NCBI GenBank assembly: GCA_964539415.1
Contig: CAZIID010000002.1
Coordinates: forward strand, 2,819 to 46,379
DNA from: an uncultured Candidatus Saccharibacteria bacterium
GTDB lineage: Bacteria > Patescibacteriota > Minisyncoccia > Phycocordibacterales > GWA1-40-21
Direction: 5' to 3'
DNA length: 43,561 bases
The stretch's first letter is position 1. Each line of letters begins with the position of its first letter. Positions 19,063 through 28,160 of the stretch are shown piece after piece. A program made the position numbers and the translations under genes. The notes under the pieces are model-generated. The model was not told the origin of the DNA, did not search any database, and worked only from the letters and a program-made list of their open reading frames with translations.

Positions 19063-19100
19063 ATACCTGCGTCAAGGTCAGACCTTGACGCAGTAATTAA

Positions 19101-19142
19101 AACACCCCACTTGAACACTCGGTGTCCAAGTGGGGTGTTTTA
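19101..19142. terminator. Bidirectional terminator between recR and the SIMPL gene
   Basis: AACACCCCACTTG...CAAGTGGGGTGTTTT. A second hairpin (CTGCGTCAAGGTC/GACCTTGACGCAG) lies at 19067-19093. Confidence 0.8.
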
Positions 19143-19149
19143 ATATTTT

Positions 19150-19893
19150 CTATTTCACATTAAACACAGCCTTTACTGTTACCATTACATTTTTCTTTAT
19201 AGTGGATGTGTCGTATGCACCGTAGTCAGAAATCTCAAGGGAATTTGCTGGTAGAACTTGAACCACACCGCTTGAAGCAGAACTGAGTGTTCCGACTGAG
19301 CTTCCACTTCCCTTTGTTATTTGTTCTGCTCTTACTCTTGCATCAGCCATAGCATCTGAAAGAAGTTCTACTCTAAGTGCAGGAAGTTTTGAATAAAAAT
19401 ATTGAGGAGCATTAGTTGTAAAAATTACGCCTTTTTCTATAAGTTTCTGAGTTGCTTGGGCAAGGTTTGTTATTTTATCAATATCAGTGGAACTCACTTC
19501 AACATTTTGTGTGAGATTATATTCTTTTTCTGTCTCATAACCATTTGAATTATATTTGTAGTTTTCATTCATTGAAACAGTAGAAAAAGTAACAGAAGCT
19601 TCATCTATTCCCTGTTCTTTAAGAAAGCTTTTCACATAAGCCAAATCTCCCTTCATCTGTTCGTATCCATATTTTAAACTGCTGACTTTAGCAGTCCTAG
19701 AAAAATATCCTGAAAATTTTGCAGTATCAGACACAACTTCTCTTGAAGTTGAACCGGTAACAGAAAGATTATTCCCAGTTGCTCTTATTTTAGACAAAGC
19801 AACAGATACGAATATTGAACTTATAACAAGGCTTACACCAATTATAGTTGGAAGCCATAATTTATTTTTTGAGAAAAAGTTTTCATTATCCAT
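19150..19893 (-). CDS. SIMPL-domain (DUF541) membrane-anchored protein
   Basis: N-terminal TM segment, then the S/T-rich two-lobed pattern typical of DUF541 (...LSVTGSTSREVVSDTAKF...). Weak by-eye assignment. Confidence 0.65.
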   Translation of the reverse strand: MDNENFFSKNKLWLPTIIGVSLVISSIFVSVALSKIRATGNNLSVTGSTSREVVSDTAKFSGYFSRTAKVSSLKYGYEQMKGDLAYVKSFLKEQGIDEASVTFSTVSMNENYKYNSNGYETEKEYNLTQNVEVSSTDIDKITNLAQATQKLIEKGVIFTTNAPQYFYSKLPALRVELLSDAMADARVRAEQITKGSGSSVGTLSSASSGVVQVLPANSLEISDYGAYDTSTIKKNVMVTVKAVFNVK

Positions 19894-20024
19894 ATTTTTT
19901 TAATTAATTATTAATACATGTATTGTATCAAATTTTACCTAAAAAAACTGTTAATAATTTTATTTTTTAAAAATGCGAGGCTGAGCGGTTGCATATATAA
20001 CCTTTTCATATTACATTTAAGCTA

Positions 20025-20744
20025 ATGGAAACCATTGAATACCCAATAAGAATAAATAAATATCTTTCATACAAAGGTATTACTACTAGAAAAAACGCAG
20101 ACCGACTCGTGGAACGTAAGGCTGTTTTTATTAATGGAAAAATTGCTGAACTAGGACAAAAAGTAAACAAAAATGACAAAGTTGAAATAAAAGACAATTC
20201 AACAAAACCAACCAAGTTTGAATACTATGCTTATTACAAACCAAGAAATATAATAACCCACAGCCCCCAAAAGGGTGAGCAAGATATTGCATCTATGACC
20301 GGAAAGAGAAATCTCTTCCCTATTGGTAGACTTGATAAAGATTCAGAAGGTTTAATCATTCTCACAAATGATGGCAGAATTACACAAAGACTTCTTTCTC
20401 CGGAGTTTGAACACGAAAAGGAATATCTCGTTATAACAAAAACACCTATTAGACAATTTTTTCTTTCACAAATGGAAAGAGGAATAGATATTGGCGATTA
20501 CACTACAAAACCTTGTAAAGCAAAAAAAGTTGGACCAAACTCATTTTCTATTATTTTAACAGAAGGTAAAAAACACCAAATAAGAAGAATGTGTGACGTT
20601 CTAAATCTACATATTGAAACCCTAAAGAGAATTAGAGTTATGAATATCAAAGTTGATAAAATGAAATCAAATCAACTAAGAAAAATAGAAGGAAAAGAAT
20701 TAGTTGATTTTCTATCTTCTTTAAGGATAAATACTAATAGCTAA
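20025..20744 (+). CDS. RsuA/RluB-family pseudouridine synthase with S4 domain
   Basis: S4 motif RINKYLSYKGITTRKNADRLVERKAVFINGK. Catalytic GRLDKDSEGLIILTNDG. KKHQIRRM block. Confidence 0.85.
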   Translation: METIEYPIRINKYLSYKGITTRKNADRLVERKAVFINGKIAELGQKVNKNDKVEIKDNSTKPTKFEYYAYYKPRNIITHSPQKGEQDIASMTGKRNLFPIGRLDKDSEGLIILTNDGRITQRLLSPEFEHEKEYLVITKTPIRQFFLSQMERGIDIGDYTTKPCKAKKVGPNSFSIILTEGKKHQIRRMCDVLNLHIETLKRIRVMNIKVDKMKSNQLRKIEGKELVDFLSSLRINTNS

Positions 20745-21227
20745 AAAAGATACGGCTACCATAAACACGACGATAGCACACTGTGTTATTACTCCGTGAA
20801 TATAGCTGTGATTGTAATCTCTGCTGTAATGAAAAAGATCATGAAGTTTTTTTGCTCCTTCAAATATTTTTCCACCTATTTTGTAACTAAAAAAATTAAA
20901 TATATCTGGCAATACACCGAGAAATGCTCCGACTACTGATAAATAGAAGGTGTGTGTATCTCTCACAAAAAGAAGAAACACTATTATAATTGAAAAAGCA
21001 ATATCTAGAAGTAAAAATAATACCTGAACTAAAGCTCTTATATCATAAATATCTATATTTGCATCTTTATTTTTATCATTTAAAAAATGCTCATGCCCGT
21101 AGTTGGTATGAGGAATTATATCCATAAGATAATGACTCGCAAAAGAAAATGAAAAACCTAAATATGGTTCTGTGGGAAAGGCGTTGGCGATAGCGGCGCC
21201 TATTATTGCATGTGTGGTAAGTATCAT
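20721..21227 (-). CDS. Polytopic membrane protein, possibly YdjM/YbcI-like metal-dependent hydrolase
   Basis: MILTTHAIIGAAIA... and HYLMDIIPH motifs resemble the membrane-bound hydrolase family. The 3' end overlaps the convergent pseudouridine synthase gene by 24 nt. Confidence 0.45.
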   Translation of the reverse strand: MILTTHAIIGAAIANAFPTEPYLGFSFSFASHYLMDIIPHTNYGHEHFLNDKNKDANIDIYDIRALVQVLFLLLDIAFSIIIVFLLFVRDTHTFYLSVVGAFLGVLPDIFNFFSYKIGGKIFEGAKKLHDLFHYSRDYNHSYIHGVITQCAIVVFMVAVSFLAISIYP

Positions 21228-22369
21228 TATATTTTATTTATACATTCGTTATATATTCCGACTTGTAGATTGTAACTTGCGGTTAATTCTTTTATTTCTG
21301 CAGATAAAGTATTCGCCAGTTTTGCTAACAAATTATATTCTGCGACCTTATCATTATATTTTGAAGCAGAAGTGCCGTTGGTTTTCATAACATTAAGCTC
21401 TGCTTTAACCTTCTCTGCATTGTCTACCAAATTTTTTATTGATTGAGTGTATGAATTTACTTTTATTTTTAAATCTTGATTTGGATATGAACAATCTTTT
21501 TGAGGTTTAGCAAAAACCTGCACGGCAATAACCATCTGACTTCCTTGATAAGAGTTTTTTGATACGGCGATACCTATTTCTGAATAACTAGAATTTATAA
21601 TGTTTGCTTTGTGACCCGGGCTTGCCATCCACGCAGATAAAAGCTCTTTATTATTTGAAAAATTACCCAGGGCAATATTTTCCCCGATAACTAAATATTC
21701 GTAGCTCTCACTTTTTGCAAAGCTAGAAACAGTCTTTCCGTCGGGTGACGTGTGTTCAAAGTAACCTTTTCCAAACATATCTTTCATTCTATTTAGAGCA
21801 ATTTCATTTAAAATAGGATTCATACTCAATGGTACTAAACCCAAAGACGCTCTCTCTTTGTTGGTTTCTGTCAAAATACCAGAAGAAGAAAGATTAAAAG
21901 AATTTTCGGTATAAGAAACATTTTCTTTAAGGGGTTCTACTTTATTTTCAATTGTTTTTATCTTATCAACTTGGTCTATTACAAAGTTTGATGCCTTTTC
22001 TGAGATGGGAGAAAATACTTTTAAAACTTCGGCGAGATTTTTGCTTGATAAGGTTTGATTAATCTTATCACTTTTTGTTTCAAAAGCCGTCGCAACTTTT
22101 TCAGCTTTTGGCGTATAGTTAACACAAACTTGGATCGCACTTTTTCCTCTAATTTCTGTAATATACGCTCCGTTCGCTTTATCTTTAAAAAACCTATCAC
22201 AAAAGCTATCTCTGGTTATTTTTACAACAGAAGAGTTGATTGCAACAAATATATCAGATACGCCACTTTTAATAGAAGTAAAGAAAGTAGAAGCTTGAGT
22301 CCTACCGGCATAGGAAAATGAAGCTACAATCAATAAAATAAAAACTACTCTCGTAATTTTATCTCGCAT
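21227..22369 (-). CDS. Secreted CAP/SCP (PR-1-like) domain protein
   Basis: Signal peptide. CAP block NEIALNRMKDMFGKGYFEHTSPDG...WMASPGHKANIINSSYSEIGIAV. Its stop overlaps the next gene's start. Confidence 0.7.
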   Translation of the reverse strand: MRDKITRVVFILLIVASFSYAGRTQASTFFTSIKSGVSDIFVAINSSVVKITRDSFCDRFFKDKANGAYITEIRGKSAIQVCVNYTPKAEKVATAFETKSDKINQTLSSKNLAEVLKVFSPISEKASNFVIDQVDKIKTIENKVEPLKENVSYTENSFNLSSSGILTETNKERASLGLVPLSMNPILNEIALNRMKDMFGKGYFEHTSPDGKTVSSFAKSESYEYLVIGENIALGNFSNNKELLSAWMASPGHKANIINSSYSEIGIAVSKNSYQGSQMVIAVQVFAKPQKDCSYPNQDLKIKVNSYTQSIKNLVDNAEKVKAELNVMKTNGTSASKYNDKVAEYNLLAKLANTLSAEIKELTASYNLQVGIYNECINKI

Positions 22370-22473
22370 TTCTGTATTTTAACACAAAGCACACTAAACT
22401 AAAAGCCTTGAGATAAAAATTATATTTTGTCATTTCACTCGCCTTACATATTTAATAATGTTATTATAATGGG

Positions 22474-22881
22474 ATGAATTATCTTAAAACACTAATAAGA
22501 TACTTGAAATGGCACTATTCTTTAGGCTTCTATCATATATCTATAATTTATAAAAATGTTTTTGTCTTTTTATTTGAATATTTTGCAATTGAATCACTCC
22601 TAAAAGAATTCTTCTTACCTTGGAAAAGGATTTCTGGCACATATTCCGGAATCAAAAATATTTCTAGCTTTTTTTCTATATTAATTCAAAACTTGATAAT
22701 GCGTTTTGTCGGTATAATATTTCGCTCTACAGTTCTTTTTGTTGGAGGTCTTTTAATACTAATCTCTATTCCATTTTATCCAGTCCTCATATTCTTGTGG
22801 GCAATATTTCCTATAATAATAGTTTCGCTCATAGTTTTAGGTATTATTTTAATAATAAGTATTTTTACTAGCACAAAATGA
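22474..22881 (+). CDS. Small polytopic membrane protein coupled to the Clp-like ATPase
   Basis: 135-aa ORF with about 3 TM helices. Stop/start overlap ATGA with the downstream AAA+ gene. Confidence 0.55.
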   Translation: MNYLKTLIRYLKWHYSLGFYHISIIYKNVFVFLFEYFAIESLLKEFFLPWKRISGTYSGIKNISSFFSILIQNLIMRFVGIIFRSTVLFVGGLLILISIPFYPVLIFLWAIFPIIIVSLIVLGIILIISIFTSTK

Positions 22882-25358
22882 ACATTTCCACATATTTAAA
22901 AACAAGCCCCCTTTACAGTGTTATATCTGTTGAAAACTCTATCTCGGGTGAGAAAAGAAAGCTGATTTCAAAAATAAACTTTTATTGTGTTATCGCAACA
23001 GTTATTTTATTAGGAGTAAGTCTTTTTGGTCAAGCTCAAACAAACACTACTTTTTACAAAATAATGCCAACAATAGAATGGCTTATTCCAGCGCTAGTGG
23101 GTTTTATATCTATAAATATCGGCATTTTTCTTGCAATGAAATTATTAAATTTCCAATTTTCTTGTATGTACTATTTTGATAAGATTTCTGGAAATAAATA
23201 TGCAAAAAGTGAAATATATACTTTCTCTGCTGGAAGAATTCTTTATGCTGGAAAACAAAGCGACATATTACACGCATTTCTTTTGTCTGATTTTGGAATT
23301 AAAGTATTGAAGAGGCTTGAATTTACAAGTAAAGAAATAAAAGATCTCACAAAAAATATTCCAGAAAATATCAACTCAGATATTCCAGATAATTTTATTG
23401 GTAAATTGGTAAAAGTTTCTGATGTTATAGATTATATATTTGATACTAAAAAAGATTTCAGTGAGGCTTTGATGTTTCGTGGAATAAAGAAAAACGATTT
23501 AATAGGAGCATCAGAGTGGATTATCTACGATACAGAAAAAAAAGAATATGATAGCCAGTGGTGGAGAAAAACGAATCTCGCAAAAATAGAAGGTTTTGCA
23601 AAAGAATGGTCATTTGGACAGACTTTCACCTTAAATAAATTTGGTATTGATCTATTGAAAGACGAATCTGTAAATTCTGAAGCTCTTCCTATGGCAGAAA
23701 GAGAAAATGAAGTAATACAAATAGAAAATGCTTTGTCAAAAATGAATGAAGCAAATGCTTTGGTTGTTGGTGAGCCAGGTCAAGAAAAGATTGAAATAAT
23801 TTGGGTATTGTGTAGACATATAAAAAATAAAAGCTGTGCAATAGAGCTTGCAGACAAAAGACCAATACTCTTTGATACAAATTTCTTTACTTCATATGCG
23901 ACTGACAAAATCACTTTTGAAAATACATTAAAAGCTATTCTCTCAGAAACAGAAAAAACAGGAAATATAATTCTTGTTATAGATAATCTATCAAGGCTTA
24001 TTGATCAAGGAAACAAACTTGAAGTAGATGTCATATCTCTACTTGACCCTTCTCTCACAAGCCCCAATACACAGATTATTGCTCTTTCGGATATCGGAGA
24101 CTTTAGAGAAAAGATAGAAAAGAATAAAAATCTAATGAGCAGATTTGAGATTGTGTTGTCTCACCCATTTGAAACAAAAGAAATTTCAAGAATTATATCT
24201 TCCGCTGCATTAAAAATAGAAAAAGATTATGGTTTATTTTTTAGCTATCAAGCAATATCAGAAATCAGTAAAAGTGCAGACTATTATTTTACTGGTGGTG
24301 TTACATCAGACAAAGCTTATGACTTGCTAAAAGAAATCTGTCCTTGGGCTTTAAGAAATTCATTTAAGGTAATAGGTAAAAATGAAGTTCAGCTTTTCAT
24401 AGAAAAGAAAACAAACATACCTGCATCCGGTAATCTCTCACCTCAAGAAAAAGAAAAGCTTTTGAATCTAGAAACACTTCTTGGACAAAGAGTCATCGGT
24501 CAAAGTGAAGCAATTGTCGGTGTAAGCAACGCTATGCGCAGATCAAGATCTGGCACAAGAAATCCAAACAGACCTATTGGATCTTTCCTATTTTTTGGAC
24601 CAACCGGTGTCGGAAAGACAGAAACAGCAAAAGCTTTAGCAGAAGTCTTCTTTGGTGATGAAAATAATATGTCACGTTTTGATATGTCTGAATACCAAAC
24701 AGAAGATGCCCTAGATAAGCTTATAGGCTCATACAGCACTGGTAAATCTGGAATCTTAGCAAATACACTAAGAGAAAAACCTTATGGAGTAGTCCTTCTT
24801 GATGAGTTTGAAAAAACCAATAAAAATGTTTTGAATCTTTTCTTACAGATTTTGGATGAAGGAGTATTTTCTGATAATGCCGGCAAAAAAGTCAGCGCAA
24901 GAAATATTATTTTTATAGCCACTTCAAATGCTGGGGCTGAAAAAATATTTCAAATGGTAAATGATGGTAAGAATTTAGAAAATTCAAAACAAGATATCAT
25001 CTCAGATGTTGTAGAAAAAGGCACACTTAAACCAGAGCTTGTAAACAGATTTGATGGCATTATAATTTTCAAACCATTAGAACAAAATGAATTAGAAAAA
25101 ATTGCTGGAATAATGTTAAAGAAACTCACTTCAAGAATGTTAGAAAAAGGCATTTCAATAAAATACAGCGATGATACAGTAAAATATGTAGTTAAGTATG
25201 GAACAAACAAAGTTTTCGGCGCAAGACCACTAAACAGATTCATTCAAGATTCAGTTGAGAGCTCTATCGCCTCTTTAATGATAGAAAAATCTTTAGGTTC
25301 TGGATCAGTTATAGAAGTAACGGTTACGGAAGATAAAATAAAAGTAAAGGAAATTTAA
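22878..25358 (+). CDS. Membrane-anchored ClpA/B/C-type AAA+ protein with degenerate first nucleotide-binding domain
   Basis: Two N-terminal TM helices. NBD1-like region has GEPGQEKI (versus GEPGVGKT) and ILVIDNLS (versus ILFIDELH). NBD2 is intact: GPTGVGKTETAKALA, VVLLDEFEK, ATSNAG, GARPLNRFIQ. Confidence 0.85.
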   Translation: MNISTYLKTSPLYSVISVENSISGEKRKLISKINFYCVIATVILLGVSLFGQAQTNTTFYKIMPTIEWLIPALVGFISINIGIFLAMKLLNFQFSCMYYFDKISGNKYAKSEIYTFSAGRILYAGKQSDILHAFLLSDFGIKVLKRLEFTSKEIKDLTKNIPENINSDIPDNFIGKLVKVSDVIDYIFDTKKDFSEALMFRGIKKNDLIGASEWIIYDTEKKEYDSQWWRKTNLAKIEGFAKEWSFGQTFTLNKFGIDLLKDESVNSEALPMAERENEVIQIENALSKMNEANALVVGEPGQEKIEIIWVLCRHIKNKSCAIELADKRPILFDTNFFTSYATDKITFENTLKAILSETEKTGNIILVIDNLSRLIDQGNKLEVDVISLLDPSLTSPNTQIIALSDIGDFREKIEKNKNLMSRFEIVLSHPFETKEISRIISSAALKIEKDYGLFFSYQAISEISKSADYYFTGGVTSDKAYDLLKEICPWALRNSFKVIGKNEVQLFIEKKTNIPASGNLSPQEKEKLLNLETLLGQRVIGQSEAIVGVSNAMRRSRSGTRNPNRPIGSFLFFGPTGVGKTETAKALAEVFFGDENNMSRFDMSEYQTEDALDKLIGSYSTGKSGILANTLREKPYGVVLLDEFEKTNKNVLNLFLQILDEGVFSDNAGKKVSARNIIFIATSNAGAEKIFQMVNDGKNLENSKQDIISDVVEKGTLKPELVNRFDGIIIFKPLEQNELEKIAGIMLKKLTSRMLEKGISIKYSDDTVKYVVKYGTNKVFGARPLNRFIQDSVESSIASLMIEKSLGSGSVIEVTVTEDKIKVKEI

Positions 25359-25369
25359 GACAAACAAAT

Positions 25370-25395
25370 AGCCCCGCGATAAAAATCGCGGGGCT
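25370..25395. terminator. Bidirectional terminator
   Basis: AGCCCCGCGAT-aaaa-ATCGCGGGGCT between convergent genes. Confidence 0.85.
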
Positions 25396-25400
25396 AAAAT

Positions 25401-25592
25401 TTAGGGTCTTCCTCCATTTAATATCAGGAAGCTTTCGCACTCATCTTTTGTTCCGACAAAGACGCTCTGTTTTCCCTCAATATCCCAAAGATGATGAGAA
25501 GATTCCCCTCCATCACTATATTTGTTTGACTCCAAAATAAGATTTGAAATCTCAAAATCCGACATTGAAACCAGCAGTCCTGTTGCTACCAT
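25401..25592 (-). CDS. Small hypothetical protein (63 aa)
   Basis: Start set at MVATGLL (ATG 25592), preceded by GGAGG at 6-nt spacing. Putative promoter TTGACG-17-TAGTAT at 25660-25688. No family recognised. Confidence 0.45.
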   Translation of the reverse strand: MVATGLLVSMSDFEISNLILESNKYSDGGESSHHLWDIEGKQSVFVGTKDECESFLILNGGRP

Positions 25593-25690
25593 ACCAAACC
25601 TCCACTTTTGTCTTCCGCCACCCTTTTTACACAAAATTAAAATGTACTAAACTGAAAAGATACTATCACTATTGTTAATATACGTCAAAA

Positions 25691-25727
25691 TTAAAACGAA
25701 CCCATACGCAAGTAGCATATGGGTTCG
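25691..25727 (-). terminator. Rho-independent terminator (minus strand)
   Basis: CGAACCCATA...TATGGGTTCG 10-bp stem followed on the minus strand by TTTTAATTTT. Confidence 0.8.
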
Positions 25728-25850
25728 TGGTCTCCTCTCTGCATTAAGCAGAAAGCCAAAGAGTAGATGTTTTTGCGATTGACCAGTATCCGCAAACTCT
25801 CTGGTGGTGTGCGGTGAGAACATTACTTTTCGCACAATATCAAATCAAAA
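25728..25850 (-). ncRNA. Candidate structured RNA / structured 3' UTR of unknown class
   Basis: GC about 45% in an otherwise AT-rich intergenic region. Hairpins GTGCG/CGCAC (25809-25835), CCAGAGAG/CTCTTTGG (25756-25804) enclosing TTGCG/CGCAA (25773-25795), and TCTGC/GCAGA (25738-25752), all ending at the 25691-25727 terminator. Confidence 0.25.
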
Positions 25851-25871
25851 CCAAAAACGCAACAAAAAATA

Positions 25872-26582
25872 TTACATTTTTAGATATTTTTTCCTTTTAT
25901 CTTCTGGAAACTTTTCAATAGAATAACGAAGGGTAACCCTTGGCAAATTCTTGAAATTTTTCTGTAAAAAATCCTCTTCTGATTTTAAATTTCTTTTGCC
26001 TACTTCTCTAAGCATCCAACCAACAGCCTTGTGTATGAGCTCTTCCTTGTCTTTAAGTAAAATACGAGCAATTTTCAATGCATCAGTAAACTTATTTGAT
26101 TTTATAAAACAAAAAGTAGCAATGACAGATATTCTTCTTTGCCAAATACATTTTGATTCTGCAAAATCATAAAGAATACTTTTATCCTTATCAAATAGAT
26201 ATTCACCGACTATTTTAACAGCAGATAAATCAACCAAATCCCAATTGTTAGCTTGTTTAGAATGCTTTATATAAAAATTAAATATCTCTTTTTTCTCTTT
26301 CTCATTCGTCTTTTTATTTTTTTCAACCAAAATAAGAAGTGCACAAAGTCTTTCCTCGTGAACTTTTGAATACAGAAGAGTCTTTATTGATTCAAAATCA
26401 ATATCTTTATATTTTATGGCTACTTTTCTAGTGTCTGGAACCATAACCCCCATAAAAATATCACCCTCACCATACTGTCCTTTTCCTGTTTTAAAAAACC
26501 TCTGTAGAATAGATATTTTTTCTGGACGGGAAAAAGACCAGAGATCTTCTTTTATTTTTAATACTTTATTCTCTTGTTCCAT
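25872..26582 (-). CDS. DNA alkylation repair protein (AlkC/AlkD-like HEAT-repeat family)
   Basis: ILQRFFKTGKGQYGEGDIFMGV, NNWDLVDLSA and WQRRISVIATF blocks are typical of the DNA alkylation repair enzyme family. Start chosen at MEQENK; the longer ORF-track start (26651) is less plausible. Confidence 0.75.
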   Translation of the reverse strand: MEQENKVLKIKEDLWSFSRPEKISILQRFFKTGKGQYGEGDIFMGVMVPDTRKVAIKYKDIDFESIKTLLYSKVHEERLCALLILVEKNKKTNEKEKKEIFNFYIKHSKQANNWDLVDLSAVKIVGEYLFDKDKSILYDFAESKCIWQRRISVIATFCFIKSNKFTDALKIARILLKDKEELIHKAVGWMLREVGKRNLKSEEDFLQKNFKNLPRVTLRYSIEKFPEDKRKKYLKM

Positions 26583-26733
26583 TTTCTTTCCTATGTTTTG
26601 GGCAACCCATCGGTCCATAAAGTTCGCACAAAGGACAACCAGGTGCCTCAAACGGTTTTGGTTCTTCAGTTTTAACTTCTGATTCTTTTTTTTCTTCTTC
26701 TAATTTCTTTAAAAAGTCTAATTGTTCTTCCAT
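26566..26733 (-). CDS. Possible 55-aa ORF with acidic N-terminus and CxxC-x7-C motif
   Basis: Hand-translated as MEEQLDFLKKLEEEKKESEVKTEEPKPFEAPGCPLCELYGPMGCPKHRKENGTRE*. ATG is 5 nt after the upstream stop and the end overlaps the alkD-like start. Below the ORF-track length cutoff. Confidence 0.3.
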   Translation of the reverse strand: MEEQLDFLKKLEEEKKESEVKTEEPKPFEAPGCPLCELYGPMGCPKHRKENGTRE

Positions 26734-26738
26734 AAAAA

Positions 26739-27080
26739 TTAATTAATTTTAATAATAAAATTTGATACATTCATTTTACCATTCTTATCTATATAATAAT
26801 CAAAAGAACTTTTAAGTAAAATATGCCCATCTTCATATTCAACTTCTCCTGAATTATCGTCTATAAACAATATCTTCGTAATATAAAACTTACCTCCTAG
26901 AACTTCCTTTGTGGGAGATAAGACAGAAATATTTTCTTTTAAATATTCACTAACTAAAACTTCTTTATCATACTGATTCAAAAGATTGTATTTCACTTTA
27001 AGAAAAAAATAATTAGCCAGGAAACAAACAATAGTTAGAATAAAGATGGCTACTATAATAATTACTATTTTCTTTTTCAT
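26739..27080 (-). CDS. Membrane-anchored hypothetical protein (113 aa)
   Basis: Start set at MKKKIVIIIVAIFILTIV (ATG 27080), downstream of the stop of 27095..27403. Single TM segment plus a small extracytoplasmic domain. Confidence 0.5.
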   Translation of the reverse strand: MKKKIVIIIVAIFILTIVCFLANYFFLKVKYNLLNQYDKEVLVSEYLKENISVLSPTKEVLGGKFYITKILFIDDNSGEVEYEDGHILLKSSFDYYIDKNGKMNVSNFIIKIN

Positions 27081-27094
27081 ATTATTCTTTGTGT

Positions 27095-27403
27095 TTACTT
27101 TAGGCTTTCCCCTTGTGACTTTTGACTTACTTTTCCCCATCTCCAAACTGGTTTTTCCCCTTTCATAAAACAAATCGCAAAAAACGAAGCCGAGACGACA
27201 ATGAGTGGAATTATTACTTCAATCACGCCAGTCCAAATATCTTTAGTCCAGTTTTCTGCAGTATAAATATTCATATATAAAAATAAGACGTAGATAATAG
27301 TACTCAACCAACCTTCCCAAGAAACTGGATACCAACCCCAGCCAAAATTCTTTGCCCTAAACCAAAGTTTTTGTTTTTTTAATTCATTATTATTTGTGTC
27401 CAT
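27095..27403 (-). CDS. Small membrane protein (102 aa), Trp-rich
   Basis: Two or three hydrophobic helices (WLSTIIYVLFLYMNIY, VIEVIIPLIVVSASFFAICF). First gene of a minus-strand operon. Confidence 0.55.
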   Translation of the reverse strand: MDTNNNELKKQKLWFRAKNFGWGWYPVSWEGWLSTIIYVLFLYMNIYTAENWTKDIWTGVIEVIIPLIVVSASFFAICFMKGEKPVWRWGKVSQKSQGESLK

Positions 27404-27493
27404 AAGAATATTTTATCACCAAAGTATGACGTATGCAAAAAGTGCTTATATATGGCCGTACCTTATACATTAAAAAATATTTCATTTTTTATA

Positions 27494-27522
27494 TTGACTT
27501 TTCAATAAATATATGCTATCAT
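27494..27522 (+). promoter_or_regulatory. Sigma70-type promoter of the GC-rich orphan gene
   Basis: TTGACT (27494-27499), 17-nt spacer, TATCAT (27517-27522). Confidence 0.55.
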
Positions 27523-27632
27523 AGTAAACAGGTTACAAAATAAGTACAAAAAAGAAAGGAATTTGTTTTAAATAAAGGTTCAGTTTTGTTGGAACAAAAA
27601 AAGTCTAACTATTGAAAAGAAAGGATTCTGTC

Positions 27633-28145
27633 ATGAATTGGAACAAACCGATGCGCTTTCTGAAGTTTGAACTTGGTTTTAACAAGTCGAAACATCCGTA
27701 TATGCCCCAGGCACAAGCTGCCATTCTTGAGAGTGGCAGATGGTTAAAGTTCGTACTTTCGAATGAAATACCGTCTGATCAAAAGGATGAAGCTATTTCT
27801 ACCGAAAGGCCTGTGGCTATGTTTTGTGTGGAGGAGAAGACAATTTCGGAGGGACCGAAGTCAGAAGTGATCGTGGTCCGCCCGATTGAAGTCGTGCGAA
27901 GTGGAAGTGCGTGCTTCAGGCAGGGTCGTCCGGGATTCTGGTGGGCTCAGATCAAGTCTCCCAGTGGACTTGATGTTCACATCTCCGTCGCGGAAGATGA
28001 TGAGATCAAACCCCAAAGTTCCGATGAACGTTGGAGATTCAAAATCATCAAAACCGCAAGGCCTCTGACTGAAAACATTCCTCACCACATCGTTGTCCAG
28101 CTTTTGGAACTGGTGGAGGAGGAAGAAATTCCAAAGATCGCGTAA
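27633..28145 (+). CDS. Orphan hypothetical protein (170 aa) with strongly deviant GC
   Basis: ATG 27633 preceded by AAAGGA at 7 nt. The 60-nt sample 27841-27900 is 53% GC versus 32% in a murG sample. Own promoter and terminator. No family recognised. Confidence 0.6.
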   Translation: MNWNKPMRFLKFELGFNKSKHPYMPQAQAAILESGRWLKFVLSNEIPSDQKDEAISTERPVAMFCVEEKTISEGPKSEVIVVRPIEVVRSGSACFRQGRPGFWWAQIKSPSGLDVHISVAEDDEIKPQSSDERWRFKIIKTARPLTENIPHHIVVQLLELVEEEEIPKIA

Positions 28146-28160
28146 GTCACGCGATCAACA

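Noticed and set aside
25728-25850. Considered whether the structured GC-rich segment is the small SRP (4.5S) RNA, because of GCATTAAGCAG and AGCC strings.
   Set aside because: The conserved helix-8 core (GUCAGGUCCGGAAGGAAGCAGC with GNRA loop) is absent on both strands. The resemblance is limited to a few short words.
25835-25860. An 11-nt exact match (ATATTGTGCGA plus loosely similar flank) between the minus strand here and copy A of the two-copy element; considered as a third copy.
   Set aside because: An exact 11-mer shared between an 80-nt query and 87 kb is expected by chance about once, and none of the other conserved blocks (GAGCAAAGCGA, CTTGTGGTGCGA) follows.
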